From Pseudogymnoascus verrucosus (Eukaryota): DNA of 64,000 nt. A program made the position numbers and the translations under genes. The stretch lies in the NCBI GenBank assembly GCA_001662655.1, contig KV460217.1; one strand, given 5' to 3'. Shown one piece after another: positions 1-12,922 of this stretch (positions are counted from its first letter, which is position 1; each line of letters starts with the position of its first letter). The notes below the pieces were generated by a model, which ran no database searches, was not told where the DNA came from, and saw nothing but the letters and a program-made list of their open reading frames with translations.

Positions 1-962
1 ACATGTTTGTCTGTGCCAGAGTTGTTGGGTTTAGGTGTGTCGGAAGGGGACAGTCCTCCAATCTGACTCGTAGTAGAAGACACGCCAGTGTTGCTGAATT
101 CAGGATTGTCGGATGCTAATGTTGTCGATGGTTCATGCTGGGTAACAGTTAAAGACATGTCAGGCATGTTAGATGTCAATGTTGATGATGGTCCTTCAGT
201 CGTCTGCGCAGGAGTAGAAGACACGATATGGTTGTCTAGTCGAGACAAGTCAACAGATGGAGATGGTGTGATAGAGGGAGCGGGTGCGACAGTAGAAGCT
301 GGCGTAGTAGAGGAAGCTGGCGTAGTAGACGAGGATGATGCGGGGATATTGTCACTAAGCTTCCAGTTCTTCGAATCATCACCAATAGTGGTTGTATCTA
401 GCATCACGCCGACGTAGTTGTTATCGACCAGTGCAGAGCTCAGGGAGCTACCTGGCAGTCCGAGGCTGCTTATTTTAAATTGGCCATTACTGCCACCCTT
501 CCCCGCGTGTCAGCATTTTATATTGTGCCTTTCGGCGGAATAACTCACAAGAAACCAGCGCTGGTTGTTGTATATCTCGCCCGAGGGGCCCATCCACATG
601 ATGCACATAGATGGTTCAGGGCAGTTGATATCCAGTCGATGGCCAGAACTTCCCCATCCCTTATTATATATGAAATAGTGGCCCTGGGAGTCTGGAACGA
701 ATTGCCACAGAGAATCGTCTTCAAGCGGATCGCATGATTTGAATCTAACGGGGTACGGACCGGACCCGTCGACGTTGGGAATTGCAAACAAACAGTTGCT
801 GTCGCCAGCCTCGGGGGTGGTCATTGTATACCATAACTTCGAATCAGGCACTGCTGCCCTTCGCAAGTGACGGTGGAAATGCTGCGGAGCGAAAAATGGC
901 AAAGTCGGCTGTGTGGCCAGAGTTGGCATCTGGCAACGAGTTGAGGGGTCCATATTAGCCAT
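1..962 (-). CDS. Ricin-B-lectin-like protein with Ser/Thr/Pro-rich stalk (3' end runs off the window)
   Basis: ATG at 962; QxW-like motifs DSLWQF, NQRWFL, SKNWKL; intron GTGAGT (548) to AG (~498); exon 2 reads GGSNGQFKISSLG...SSSSTTPASSTTPAST with no stop to base 1. Confidence 0.55.
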
Positions 963-2167
963 ATTATATAAGAGAATTGCGGCTGACAGGGAGTATATTA
1001 TAAAGTATAGTTTGTAGCGGCCAGAAAATAGGGGCCAGCCTCGTTTGAGAAGGTGTAAAATGTGTAGAAAAAAAGAGTGATGAAAAGAAACCGAAAAAGA
1101 CAAATAACTAAGAAATAGCTAGTAACAAGAAATTACCGAAGACAGGAAATCAAGAGGACTTTATGCCATCGCTGGCGACAAGGAATTATTGAAATGGCGG
1201 AGAAAGCGGACTTCTATATTCAACAAACGCCACCACAGAATAATTCAGCCACATGTAAAAATAACTCTACGACAAGGCTGCTGTCATGTCGCGGCTACAG
1301 TGCGATAGTATTGGCAATATTGGAGTGGGGATGAGACTCAAATAATAGGACTTACCTATTATAGTGCATAGTGAGCTCGTTATTGGTAGTGTTTGGTCAT
1401 TTCTCATTTTATGGTGATGCCGGCGCGTATCCAAAACAGCCTTTTTTAAAGCGAACCAGTAACCCGGATAACAAGGGGCGGGCCACTTTGCGCCATGCGT
1501 CAACAGCGCGAAGAATTAGCGAGTAATATAATAATAGAGTATTCTCTAGTCTAGGAATACAGGCGCGCGCTTTGTGGAGCCATTGAGCAACTCCTCCTCT
1601 TCGACCTACGGGAGCCTTGCGAGAGCCTCCTTCGGCATTGTAGAATCCAAATTCGTGGAGTGCCGTGTCCACAGTGTCCACTGCGCACTTTGCCTGTCGA
1701 GGTAGCCGCCACGATGCAGATGATGTGGCATCTTCGCAGAACGCAAACATTTCAGGACGTCAAAGAGTGAATGATTGCCACGGCTGAGTAAACCACAACA
1801 CACCGCCTCCCCTCCGATCTCCAAGGCTGCGCATCGCATATCCCGCACCAAGCCTGTACAACTGAGCCATTTTATGCATCATTTACGCCTCTCTAGCATA
1901 GAGCTGGTAACTCCCGTTTCTGCCTACTTTGGGTGAGTGATCAATGTATTTGCCGAACTTTTGGTTCGGTATATGGAAGTCTCCATAATACCTCAAAACC
2001 AATGACATATAACTGTGCTCCACACTTTTCTTACATACGAGTTATCATCTTACAGATATTATCTAGTACGGCTGTATTATTCGGCTGATCCTTTAACGCA
2101 AGATCTCCAGACTCAAGATGCGGGGGACTCTAGATCTCTACAAGTGGGGTTCTCCACTTCTAAGCTA

Positions 2168-2181
2168 CCGAAGTATCGCCG
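2168..2181 (-). promoter_or_regulatory. CGG-N8-CGG (InuR/AmyR-type) site upstream of GH32 gene, next to CreA-type SYGGRG sites
   Basis: ccgaagtatcgccg about 130 bp upstream of the ATG; gcgggg (2120) and gtgggg (2144) nearby. Confidence 0.5.
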
Positions 2182-2307
2182 TTTATGGCAATCCCCATAC
2201 TTTGTAATCATTCTGCCATGAGAACTGCCTGGGCATAGAATAGCATATAAAGGCATGTAATATCCGGTATAAACCTGTGAAATGCTCTGTATAACCTGAC
2301 TGTTATC

Positions 2308-4254
2308 ATGAAACCCTCGTTAGTTGTTGCAGCTCTTGCAGCTACCTCTGCAGCTACCTCTGCAGCTAGTTCAACTGTCTCACAATGGACCAAAGGCCAA
2401 CGTCACTCTGTCAACTACAACAAGGCACCGCCTAACCTCTCAACACTTGCAAATTCTAGCTTGTTCGAAACATGGAGACCTAGAGCCCACGTTCTTCCGC
2501 CATCTGGCCAAATTGGTGACCCGTGTATGCACTACACTGATCCTAGTACAGGACTTTTCCACGTTGGCTGGTTGCACGGTGGTGCTTCTGGGGCCACAAC
2601 CGATGACCTTGTCACATACCGCGACCTGAATCCTGATGGACGGCCGTTCATCGTTGCTGGTGGAGTGAACGATCCCATTGCCGTCTTTGATGGCTCCGTC
2701 ATTCCGGCGGGAATCGATGGCAAGCCGACTCTACTGTACACCTCGGTCTCATATCTGCCCATCCAATGGACTATTCCTTATACAAGAGGAAGCGAGACCC
2801 AGTCTTTAGCAGTTTCCTATGATAGTGGTCGCAACTTCACTAAATTGCGTCAGGGACCAGTTATCCCTTCTGCGCCCTTCGCTGTTAACGTAACTGGTTT
2901 TCGCGACCCCTTCGTTTTTCAAAACGCCAAACTAGACTCTCTCCTCGAAAGCAGCCCACAGACATGGTATACCGTCATCTCAGGAGGCGTCCACGGAGAC
3001 GGCCCCTCCCAGTTCCTCTACCGCCAACACGATCCCGACTTCCAATACTGGGAATACCTAGGCGAGTGGTGGCATGAAGCAGCGAACTCGACTTGGGGAA
3101 ATGGTGACTGGGCTGGCCAATGGGGGTTTAACTTTGAAGTAGCTAATATATTCAGCCTTGACAAGAACGGTTATAACGCCGAGGGTGAAGTCTTCACTAC
3201 AATTGGCGCAGAATGGTCGTTTGAGCCTATCGTACCGGAGGTCTCGGACTCGAGGCAAATGCTCTGGGCAGCAGGCAACGTAACTATTCAAGATGGGGCG
3301 CTCAAGTTCACGCCAACCATGGCAGGCTTTCTAGACTGGGGTGCGTCGGCATATGCTGCTGCTGGGAAAGAATTACCTGCAGATACGCAAGCGTCGATGA
3401 AAAGCAAATCACCCGATCGGTTCATAACATACGTGTGGCTTACTGGGGACTTTTATGGCACGCACAACTTTCCCACCTTGCAGCAGAATTGGACTGGCGC
3501 GTTGTTGCTTCCCCGAGAGCTAAGTGTCGGAACGATATCTAATGTGGTAGATAATGAGCTCTCTCGCGAGACAGGCTCGTGGCGAATTTCAAGCAGCAAC
3601 TTGGGCGTCCTTGAGCTCGTTACGCTAAAGCAAGAGATTGTTCGGGAGACCATGTCCCAATTGACGAGCGGCGTATCGATAATTGAGCCCGGCAAGACGC
3701 TGGGCTCGTCAGGTCCAGTGGCCTTTCAGCACCGTCCAAAATCGAAATTCTACATCCTAACCGCGTCACTCTCGTTCCCTGCATCGGCTCGCGGATCGGA
3801 CCTGAAGGCTGGTTTCGAGGTCCTGTCCTCAGAGTTCGAGACGACTAGGATCTACTACCAATTCTCTAACGAGTCAATCATCATAGACCGCACCAATTCT
3901 AGTGCTGCGTCCTCGACGACGGCCGGGATCGACGCCCGCAACGAGAGCGGCAAATTGCGTCTGTTTGATGTTATAGAGAACGGCGAAGAGAAGATAGAGA
4001 CGTTAGAACTAACTATCGTCGTTGACAATTCGATCGTGGAAGTCCATGCCAATAGCAGATTTGTCATAAGCACTTGGGCCCGGTAAGTAACACCATAATC
4101 TCTCTGTTATATTGTAAATACTGACGTCAATAGATCATGGTATAAGGCCTCGAAAGATATTCGGTTCATTCATGACGGGGAAGGGGAGGTGAAGTTCGGA
4201 AACATAATGATTCACGAAGGGCTATTTGATGCCTGGCCAGAACGTAGTAGATAG
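2308..4254 (+). CDS. Secreted GH32 beta-fructofuranosidase / fructosyltransferase
   Basis: Signal peptide; GQIGDPC nucleophile, FDGSV, FRDP and NFE motifs; C-terminal beta-sandwich (IVVDNSIVEV); intron 4083-4133; exon 2 ends ...FDAWPERSR*. Confidence 0.93.
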
Positions 4255-4656
4255 TATCACGGAATTAGCAGTGCAAGCCGGTTATGAATGGGAAAATATG
4301 ATTTGTTTTACTTGGGACCTATAATACCATATTCAAGCAATTGTGTGCTTAATTTATATAATGATATCTAAAGTCGTAAAGTTTTCATACTTAAATTAAC
4401 TTTGCTAAAGTTTGCAAGAGTCTAATTTATTTAATATATAAAAATATAAAAACCAGAACCATCTGCAACACAGGTATAATTTAAAGTACAGTAGCATCCA
4501 TAGTTTTAGTTTCCTTTCTTATGAACTACCAACAAATTGTTCTTTGGAATGCACTGCCCTATCTGCGACAAACGTCGATTAAAAGCCGTTTGCGCAACTT
4601 TAAGGACGCCCCTTTTATTCCTTCATGGTTTGAGGAAATCAAACTTCAGAACTGCA

Positions 4657-6598
4657 TCACGACGCTTGGAGAGCGAATCCCTTAAAGAAGTCTCCAATAG
4701 ACTCGTGATTCTCAATCATAGTGACCATTGAAATATCTATTTCCATTAGTGCCCAGTCTTTCCATGCACCTAGACAGGATCGAGAAAAATAAAAGGAAAC
4801 ACCCACAATGATCTGGCCTCACAATTGCCACCGTGCCCTTGCTTGGCTCAATACCATAGAACTCATATGCCTTTCCATGCCCTGAATTATAGCTCTCATC
4901 ATCGAAATATACTTTATGTAAATCTGTTATGGAAACATTATCAGCTCTGTCAACTTTCGAAAGGAAGTCACGAACCTCGCATTTTCCACTTCCCAGTAAT
5001 AGGCCAGAAGCAATCCGGGATCTGCTCCTGCACGGTATTGATGCGCTTGCCCGAGAGAACGACGATCGGCTCAATGAAAGAGTCGATATCTGCAGACGCA
5101 GGCGTGTGAGACTTAACAGGACCACCGGAGGAATAAAGATAGGCCCCCAACTCTTCAAGTCTAGTTGCACTAGAAGGCTCATTAATGTCCCCTGCGAAGA
5201 TGACAATCCGCCAGCGCCCATCTGACGGCAAAGCTTTCACAAGCTGCATCGCTTTTGCATCGCAGAACCTCACCACCTGCGCGCTCGGGAAGCGCATCCC
5301 TACTATGAGATTAGTTGCCAGACTCTGCATGCTGTCCTTTGCATTCGTGATCTTCGAGTCTCCGTATTTTGCCGTCAAGCCCGCTGTATACTGTCCGGCC
5401 TTAATAAAATGCTCTTTAAATTCGGTTGAGCCATCTTCCTTCGCCGCCTTTGAGCTAAAAGCCTTTACGAATGCACGGTCGAAGTTAATCAGGTCAGATG
5501 CCACTTGCTGACGCTCCTGGACGTACGTCTCAAGAAGAGCTGGCGGTGATTGGCCTTTCAAGACCTGCGCGAGCTTCCAGCCGATGTTGTATCCATCTTG
5601 TAGACTCGTGTTCATACCCTGCCCCGCTTTTGGTGAATGCGTATGGCAGGCGTCGCCAGTGAGGAAGACGCGGTTGTCCTTGGAGAAGAAATCTGCCTGG
5701 CGCTGACCAATGGCGTAGGCTGACCACCAGAAAGTTTCTGCGATTTCAATCTGATAGGGATGGAAAATTCGCGATGCGGTAGAGTGCAGGTCGGAGAGTT
5801 GGACGTCCTTGGCTGCTGTCCCGGATGGCAGCTCAATATAGAAGCGTACCATGGAGCCACCTTCGCGCGGGATTATCAAGAGACTTCCAGAGTTAGACTG
5901 GAGAGTTGCTTTTTTGCGGATGTCAGGGAAGTTTGTTCGTGGAAACACGTCCATTACGCCCCACACAACATCACTGCTGTCGCCAACCATCTTATAACCA
6001 AGAGATCTGCGCACAGCGCTATGTGCACCATCACAAGCCTGCTAGGATGAGAAATAATACTGTATAGGGGTCAGATACTACTTACTAGGGCATACTTTGC
6101 CTTGAAAATTTCCTCTACTCCCTCTTTTACGGTGACGACAGTCACAGGGTAAGCCTCCGGATTAGCAGCTTCCCCACTATCAACCTGTACTTTCTTGACC
6201 TCATAGCCATAATCCACGCGCTGCTCATTAAACCTTTCCATCACCTCAAGCAACAAACCATTAACCCGCGCCTGATTCAAGATTAAGTGTGGTTGGTGAG
6301 ATAATCCTGGCGCTGTATCTGCCGTCCTGCCAGTCCAAACCAGATTTCCCTCTGCGTTAGACCCCCAGAAATTAACTTCTAACACATGGTAGGCTTCCCG
6401 AAGCATCTCTTCGGCGATACCAAAACTCTCAAAGACTTCCACTGTGCGACATTGTACGCCGTCGGCTTTCCCTATTTTCAATGGCCCAGGCTGTGATTCG
6501 AGGACTTTGCACCGAAGACCACATCGGGCCAGCCATGCTGCGGCGCAGAGCCCAGCGGAGCCGCTACCACAGATCAGGACGTCGACGTGCTGAGTCAT
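4657..6598 (-). CDS. Phenol 2-monooxygenase (FAD-dependent phenol hydroxylase)
   Basis: VLICGSGSAG, ADGVQCRT, GCDGAHS, GDACHTHSPKAGQGMN motifs; C-terminal thioredoxin-like domain (VRPDH); several GT-AG introns; ends ...GFALQAS*. Confidence 0.92.
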
Positions 6599-7840
6599 AT
6601 TTCCGGTATAGCAGGAGAAGGGGATATAAGGATAACAGTTCAAAGGTGCTTAATAACCTTCCGCGCGTGGCTTGGCTGAAGAGCAGATATACATCTTTAT
6701 ATCCAGAACATACTTGAGTGTGCTATCCGATGCCGAGCTTGAGACTTACATTTGCCGAAATCCGCCCATATACTTTCGTCCCACAGCTTCGGCTAGGTAC
6801 AGGTGTAGCATATTGGAACAACACTATGGCAGTGCTCTTCGGAGTTGACCCCCAGTGTTAGATGCCGAGTTTTACTGCCAGTGCGGGGAACTCGTCGGAT
6901 ACGCTTCCGGGCATTGCGGGGAAATCATCGCCACCATTTTCAGCAGCTTTCTAGCCCTCACATCATCAAATGGGACATTCTCTAATCTAAGTATATATAC
7001 GGAGACGTGCTCAATGAAGCTGTTTAAACTTTACGATCTGCCGGAGCCTTGCGGGAGATCTCCTCCGGCAGTCCAGTATCTAAAGTCGCCGTGCATCGTG
7101 TCTACCGGCTATTGGCGTCTCAACGCAAGGGGGCTATTGGAAGTGAAATATATATTAGATTCCATGGGAGCCATCTCCTTTGCCAGTTCAGATGATAAAT
7201 ATATCCCGACCAAGGCCATTGTTCAAGTGCCAAAATTAAAAATGCAGCCACAGCTGAACGAACAAACCCTCCAGCCTCCACAGCCGCGCACCACCTATCC
7301 CGCGCCAGGCCTGTATAGCTGAACCTTTCTCATGCGCCATTTAGACCTCCCTGCCATAGAGCTAATAGCTCCCCTTGGCTTTTTTTTGCTGCCTACTTCC
7401 TCACCCGCGAGGGCATGGTCAGTCGCGACATGATACCAGCCTTGGCGTCCGTGGCGTAAGCGATGAGGCTGTGCACCTCCCACCACCGACCCTTACGTGT
7501 GCGCCACATTAGCGGGGCTGAGACCGCTCCCACTCCAGACAACAACCGGGAAACTCGACTTTACTACCAACTTTATAGGCCGACCACTCGCCGGATCAGT
7601 CTAAGGGTCTTGGGATTTTGTGGGTTTATTGAAGAAGAGGTTCTTTATGATTTTGGCCTGACCTGTTTCTAGAGAATCGATCAAGAGAGAGACTGAGTTT
7701 GAGAACGAATAGCACAGATAAACCCTGTGACGTGCGACGGATACAATCAAGACCCTGACAAGACTTGAGTTCGCGAAACTCTACCCAAACGAACCCAAAG
7801 AAACGAACAAACGAAGCCTCATCCAAAAAAGCTCGCAACA

Positions 7841-9336
7841 ATGAACGAAGGACCCTCGCACGAGCCCCCGGCGCTGCCAGCGGGATGGATCGCTCAGTGG
7901 GATGCCGAGTCCGGGAAATACTACTTCGTCGAGCTGTCTACACGACAGACGCGCTGGGATGTGCCCACGGCCAGCTCCTCGAGCACGCCGCATGAAGAGC
8001 GCTCGAATTCCGGTTTTGGACAGCATCAGCAGCCCGGAGAGGGCGAGAGGGGCATGGGAGGAGATGGGCCAGAGGGAGAGAGAGGATTGGGGGTATGTAT
8101 TCTCTGGTTTTTACGCGGTGGATATCAAGCGGTGGGAGAGAAGCTAATGCATAGCAGAGCATGGCCATGAAATACGCTATGGGATCCGGGTCAGGAAAAC
8201 AGAGCAGTGGTAGCAGCGGACTCGTCGGGATGGCGGGGTCTTTGCTGGGAGGTGGGAAACAAAGCAGCAGCAGCGGTAGCGGCGGGCTTGCGGGCCTTGC
8301 TGGGTCGTTGCTAGGAGGCGGAAAGCAGAGCAGCAGCAGCAGCAGTGGAGGATCTGGCGGCCTGGCTGGGATGGCTAGCAGCTTCTTGGGAGGGGGAAAG
8401 CAGAGCAGCCAGAGCCAGAGCCAGAGCCAGAGCCAGGGACAGTACGGAGGGTCGTCGCAGCAGCAGAGCGGGAATTATAGCAGCGACCAGACTGGTAACT
8501 ACAGTGGTGCTCACCAGCAACAGGGAAGTAGTGGCGGAGGAGGACTGATGGGGATGGTTGGTGGACTTATGGGCGGAACTGTGAGTTTTTTTCAATTCGA
8601 TTTGAAGAGCGAGTGCTAACAATTGTGGTAGCATGGACAGCAGGGACAGAGCGGATATGGATATTCTGGCAGCGACCAGCAGGGCAGCTATCAAGGACAG
8701 GCACCGCCTCCAGCGTACAACCCTGGTGGTTCATCATCGACGTCCACATACGGCGGCGCCCAGGGACAAGACTCCAAATACGGCAGCGATAACAAGTACA
8801 GCAGCGACAACAAGTACGGCAGCGACAACAAATACAACAGCAGTCAGCAGCAACAGCAACCTCCCTACGGCGGTCCCCCACCAAACACAAACTACAACTC
8901 CCAGCAGCAGCAGTACCCGCCACCACCACAACAGCAGCCCTATGGCCAAGCACCACCACCACAGCAGCAGCCCTACGGCCAGGAACAACACCAGTACGGT
9001 GCCCCACCCCCAGTCCCAGGCGCATACGGTCAGCAGCCGCCGCACCAGCAGTACGGACAGCATACGCCAGGCGGCTTCCCGGGAGCGCAGCAGGGCGGGA
9101 CAGCGCCAGGGAACTTGCCGAAACCGGAAGGGAAGCACCACTTTGGGAGATCGCATGAGGGGGGGTTGTATGGCGGACAGCAGGGTGGAAAGAAACATGA
9201 TGGAGGCCATCAAGGCCAGCAGGGTGGACAGGGACAGTATCCGCCGCAAGGGGGATACCCGCCGCCGCCTGGTGGGGGTGGTTATCAGCAGCAGGGAGGG
9301 TATCCACCACCACCTCAGTACCCACCGCAGTATTGA
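7841..9336 (+). CDS. WW-domain protein with Gly/Ser/Gln/Pro/Tyr-rich low-complexity tail (WWM1-like)
   Basis: LPAGWIAQWD..YYFV...TRWDVP WW domain; introns 8093-~8157 and 8581-8631; exon 3 (8632-9336) is in frame. Confidence 0.85.
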
Positions 9337-9610
9337 AGGGAGTAAGGGCAAGGAAGAAGTGGTAGATATCGAAGATCGATTAGAATTTAGCAAATGATTA
9401 TGAAATTGTATGGTAACTGTAATACACCACGATTGATTTAGCACCTTCGTGAAATGTTCTTGGGCATAGTTCCTAACTAAGCTCGTTTGCCATAACTAAT
9501 CGCTGGGGAACGATCATCAGCAGCACCGCCGGCTAAACTCCACAAACACCCCCCCCTTAGTGGTAACTTGAGCGCCATGCGGGGTTATAAGAAACCCCAA
9601 GTAACAGTCC

Positions 9611-11481
9611 CTAGCGAGATTCCCAGCTCTCTTTGGTCGCTGCGAAGGCCTTGTCACCATTATCGCCCCCTATACGTATCTCACAACGCGCACTTCCCTT
9701 ACCTACAGATAAACTCTCATCATTTGCAAAAGTCCATTCTAAACCACATTGGCCTTTGCATAGACATGGTACCCAGATTGCGTAGTTTTGTAGAAGTCGG
9801 AGGCGCTTTTCCCTCTCAGGTCCCCCTCTTAAGTCATCGGGCCGTCTTTCCTCGCAAATCTTCATATGGACCATGTATAGTATAGCCATTGTATATCCTT
9901 TTGAGTGTAATGGTTGAAGGGGGGGTTCTTTGGTATAGGGAAGGCTTGTCCAGAGCTCTATTATTTGTTCACTTTTGACTCCGAAGCGTTCTAGCTCGAG
10001 GAGAAACGAAAAGACTAGACAGGAATTAGCACTAGTGATATCTCCCAGCGACCTTATCCTTATAGGTTCAATGTGCAGGTTTGATAAAAGTACCTACAAT
10101 CGATATTCTCGCCACCGTTTCCACCTTCGAACACGCATGCATTGTATATTGCTTCGTATAACCCATGGGAAGCTGAAGTCAGATACTGCCAGAAAAACCT
10201 TTCGGGATGGGCTTCCTTGAAGTATTTTGCCCCGTCTGGTAGCTTGCCAGGGTGTGTAAACCCCCGATCTTGGGGCTTTTTACTGCGACGACGGGCTAGG
10301 AATATCCCTGGCGCTCTTTTCATCATGTCTGTGACCTCGTTGCACACAAAACTAAAATCTTCATCGTCGAACTTATCGAACTTGTTCATTTCAAAATGAT
10401 CTCGATTGAGGGAGTATTTTTCCGTTGAATCGAGACAGCCAGAACTCTCATTCACGACAATTTTCTATCGTAAAATTAGTAACTTGCAATACACGGCAGA
10501 TAAACGTACCATTTGTTCGTTGGGGTCGCGCACGATAGCTCCAACATTACTTTGTTTCATCTCGTAGAAACAGGTAACTTTGGCGCTGTTTGGTAGTCTC
10601 CGCGTCATCCCAAATCGATCTACTAGATCTTTGAGATATTCATCGTCTCCTTGAAGCACCCTGAGGACTTCGCCCTGTACTACCTTCTGTTCGCTCCTCA
10701 CAAAGTTGAGCATCTCATTTATCTTCATGTCTGAACCTCTAAAAGGCGTACCTAGGAATATAATCCCAGTAATAGAGTCAAAAATACGACCCCACCTCGG
10801 CAAACCATTGCTACCGTTGTCATCTCTTGCACTGAGGAGTGCCTAACAGAGTTAGGCGCGGAGAGAATAAACATAGCTAAACTGACCTTCAGAGCTACCA
10901 AACCACCGAAACAGTGTGCTATAAGTATAATAGGTCGATATGGAACTTCCTGTGGGGAGTAGATGTTAACTATGGAAAGCCTCACTATAGCATGGTATGC
11001 GGCCTACCTTCTGCAACACGGTCAAGGCCGACAAGAATCGAGCTGCGACCCTCGACGTGTTCGTAGAGATTACTTCCTGACTAGTTCCATACCAAGTTGA
11101 CTGATATCCGTATCGTAGTATTCGAGCGTTTGGCACTGCCGAGCGCAGCATGCTCTCATCACTAAGCCAGTTGACGCCGCCCTTGCACCAGGTCTCATCG
11201 GGGTGGGCAGCAATGCCGTGAATCGCAATTATACTAAAGTCGTTTCCTTAGAAAGTTTAATAGTATATAACTATAAACGGTTGAACTTACTCGATAACCT
11301 CAGTGAAAGCTGTAGGGTCTGGGGTGAAAAGACATTTCATGCCGATGTCATCACTAGTTATAGGCCTGCGAACAGTCTGCTCAGCCTCAAAAGGCACAAG
11401 TTGGCCGTTGTACTCATGTTGCTGATCGACTGCCTAAAGAAAGTTAAAAACAAATTGGGGGAATCTCGAGGTATATACCAT
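9611..11481 (-). CDS. SesB/SERAC1-like alpha/beta-hydrolase (lipase-like) protein with unknown C-terminal domain; 3' end uncertain
   Basis: Spliced reading IIAIHGIAAHPDETW..VNWLSD..ARILRYGY..PIILIAHCFGGLV..GIIFLGTPFRGS..CFYE..DHFEMNKF; several canonical introns. Confidence 0.72.
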
Positions 11482-11813
11482 TGTAGATGATTCTCTTGAA
11501 AGTTTCTGGTGGTAGTGTTAATGCTTTAGCGACACTGATGAAGTTGTTGAGAACGGGACGTTCAAGGCTACTTCGGGGCGGATAGAGTGTTTAAGGCTGC
11601 TCTGGCAGCTCCGAGGAGACGTTCTGAGGTTACACGAGTAAGGCTGAGGTACAGATTCTTACAAGGCGCCTATGGTGGCTTTCACGCCAAGTACGCAGTC
11701 CGCCTCACTCTTCAGATGAGGCTGGCCAATAGACCATTCCTTGAAACATTATAATCATATATGAATCATAACCTGCCTCGTTCTATCATCGGATTGTATT
11801 TCGACAATCATCT

Positions 11814-12791
11814 ATGATGCTATATACTTCTAAATCACCTCCATTTTCGAATGACCAGCAGCTCTGCGATGAGCTAGATAATGCCAAAACGGAGGCTGGG
11901 CGAACCAGATCGCTGCCAGGCCAGCCGTGCGTGCGGATGGATGCGCCTCTGAAAAACATCAAGTTCTTGAGAAAAGACCTCTGTGCCGAGGATCTGGAAA
12001 AAATTGCCTTGAAACTTTGGATCTTGTCAACACCCTCTAGTTCGAACATAAACCCACTCCATCGCCAGCGAGTCAAGGGTCGGGAAATCATCGTCACAGA
12101 GGAACCACGGCTGCATCTGGTGTGGTTCTATGATAGAATCTTTATCAAGCCACTCCCGAAGTATCTCCTGTCGTATACAGTCTGGGAGACTTTTTTTGTA
12201 AATAACGAGGGGCCTCTTGTCTATCAAGACGAAATACGCAGGGCAGCCCTAGGGTTCCTGCGAACCTATCGCTACCTGATCCAGCATGAATCGGACTTCA
12301 TAATCGCTAAGCAAGAGCACCTTAGTCTTATTCCGAAGGATGTACAATGGGAAGAGTTTTGTGGATTTATTTCGGCGCTCGAAATAGAAGACTCGGATGT
12401 TTCGAATCGCTACTGCTACGGGGAGCTGAGGCTATCGCGGCTTAACCTCTATGCTCCATTTCTACTGGGGAAGTCTCACTACGAAAATCTACATGGACAG
12501 TATGGCGATTACTTCGCGAGAATGTACGGGCCCATCTTGTTCGTCTTTGCGGTAGTTTCTACTGTTTTAAACTCGATGCAAGTTGCTTTAGCGGCTGAGC
12601 AGACCCCAGGGACACATTGGGCATCTATCTGGCTTGCCTTCCGTTGGTTTAGTGTATTAAGCTTGCTCGGGTCAATAATAGTGTCTCTCTGCTTTATTTT
12701 ACTTTGGCTATGGATGCTTTCCAGTGAATGGGTCTATGTATTGAGATGCAAGTTGTTGGGGTGGAACGAGAAAAGAGGGACTACGGCCTAA
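11814..12791 (+). CDS. DUF6601-like fungal membrane protein
   Basis: LHRQRVKGREIIVTEEPRLHLVW..RIFIKPLP, RYCYGELRLSRLN, two C-terminal TM helices; single 325-aa ORF. Confidence 0.78.
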   Translation: MMLYTSKSPPFSNDQQLCDELDNAKTEAGRTRSLPGQPCVRMDAPLKNIKFLRKDLCAEDLEKIALKLWILSTPSSSNINPLHRQRVKGREIIVTEEPRLHLVWFYDRIFIKPLPKYLLSYTVWETFFVNNEGPLVYQDEIRRAALGFLRTYRYLIQHESDFIIAKQEHLSLIPKDVQWEEFCGFISALEIEDSDVSNRYCYGELRLSRLNLYAPFLLGKSHYENLHGQYGDYFARMYGPILFVFAVVSTVLNSMQVALAAEQTPGTHWASIWLAFRWFSVLSLLGSIIVSLCFILLWLWMLSSEWVYVLRCKLLGWNEKRGTTA

Positions 12792-12922
12792 AAGCCGATT
12801 ATGAAGAAGGACAGAAGACTACTTTTAGGCATTATGGAGACGTCCTTATATAAAGCCATGAGTATGGCATCCCTGCCTCTGTGCAGAAGGCAAGAACACG
12901 TTACATAACTTATATATATATC

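Noticed and set aside
88..417. 109-aa plus-strand ORF
   Set aside because: Antisense shadow of the Ser/Thr-rich exon of the minus-strand lectin-like gene
1267..1851. Overlapping short minus-strand ORFs and a TA-rich patch
   Set aside because: No recognisable domain, splice structure or terminal repeats; cannot support a gene or TE relic
4657..6598. Phenol hydroxylase as a member of cluster A
   Set aside because: Separated by about 14 kb of unrelated genes, and I saw no CGG-N3-GTGGGG site upstream
6855..7486. 155-aa and 63-aa ORFs between phenol hydroxylase and the WW gene
   Set aside because: No recognisable motifs (the longer ORF has a non-ATG start); the region reads as a divergent promoter
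8567..9444. Long alternative-frame and antisense ORFs (236-254 aa)
   Set aside because: Produced by CAG/GGC-rich low-complexity codons of the WW gene exon 3
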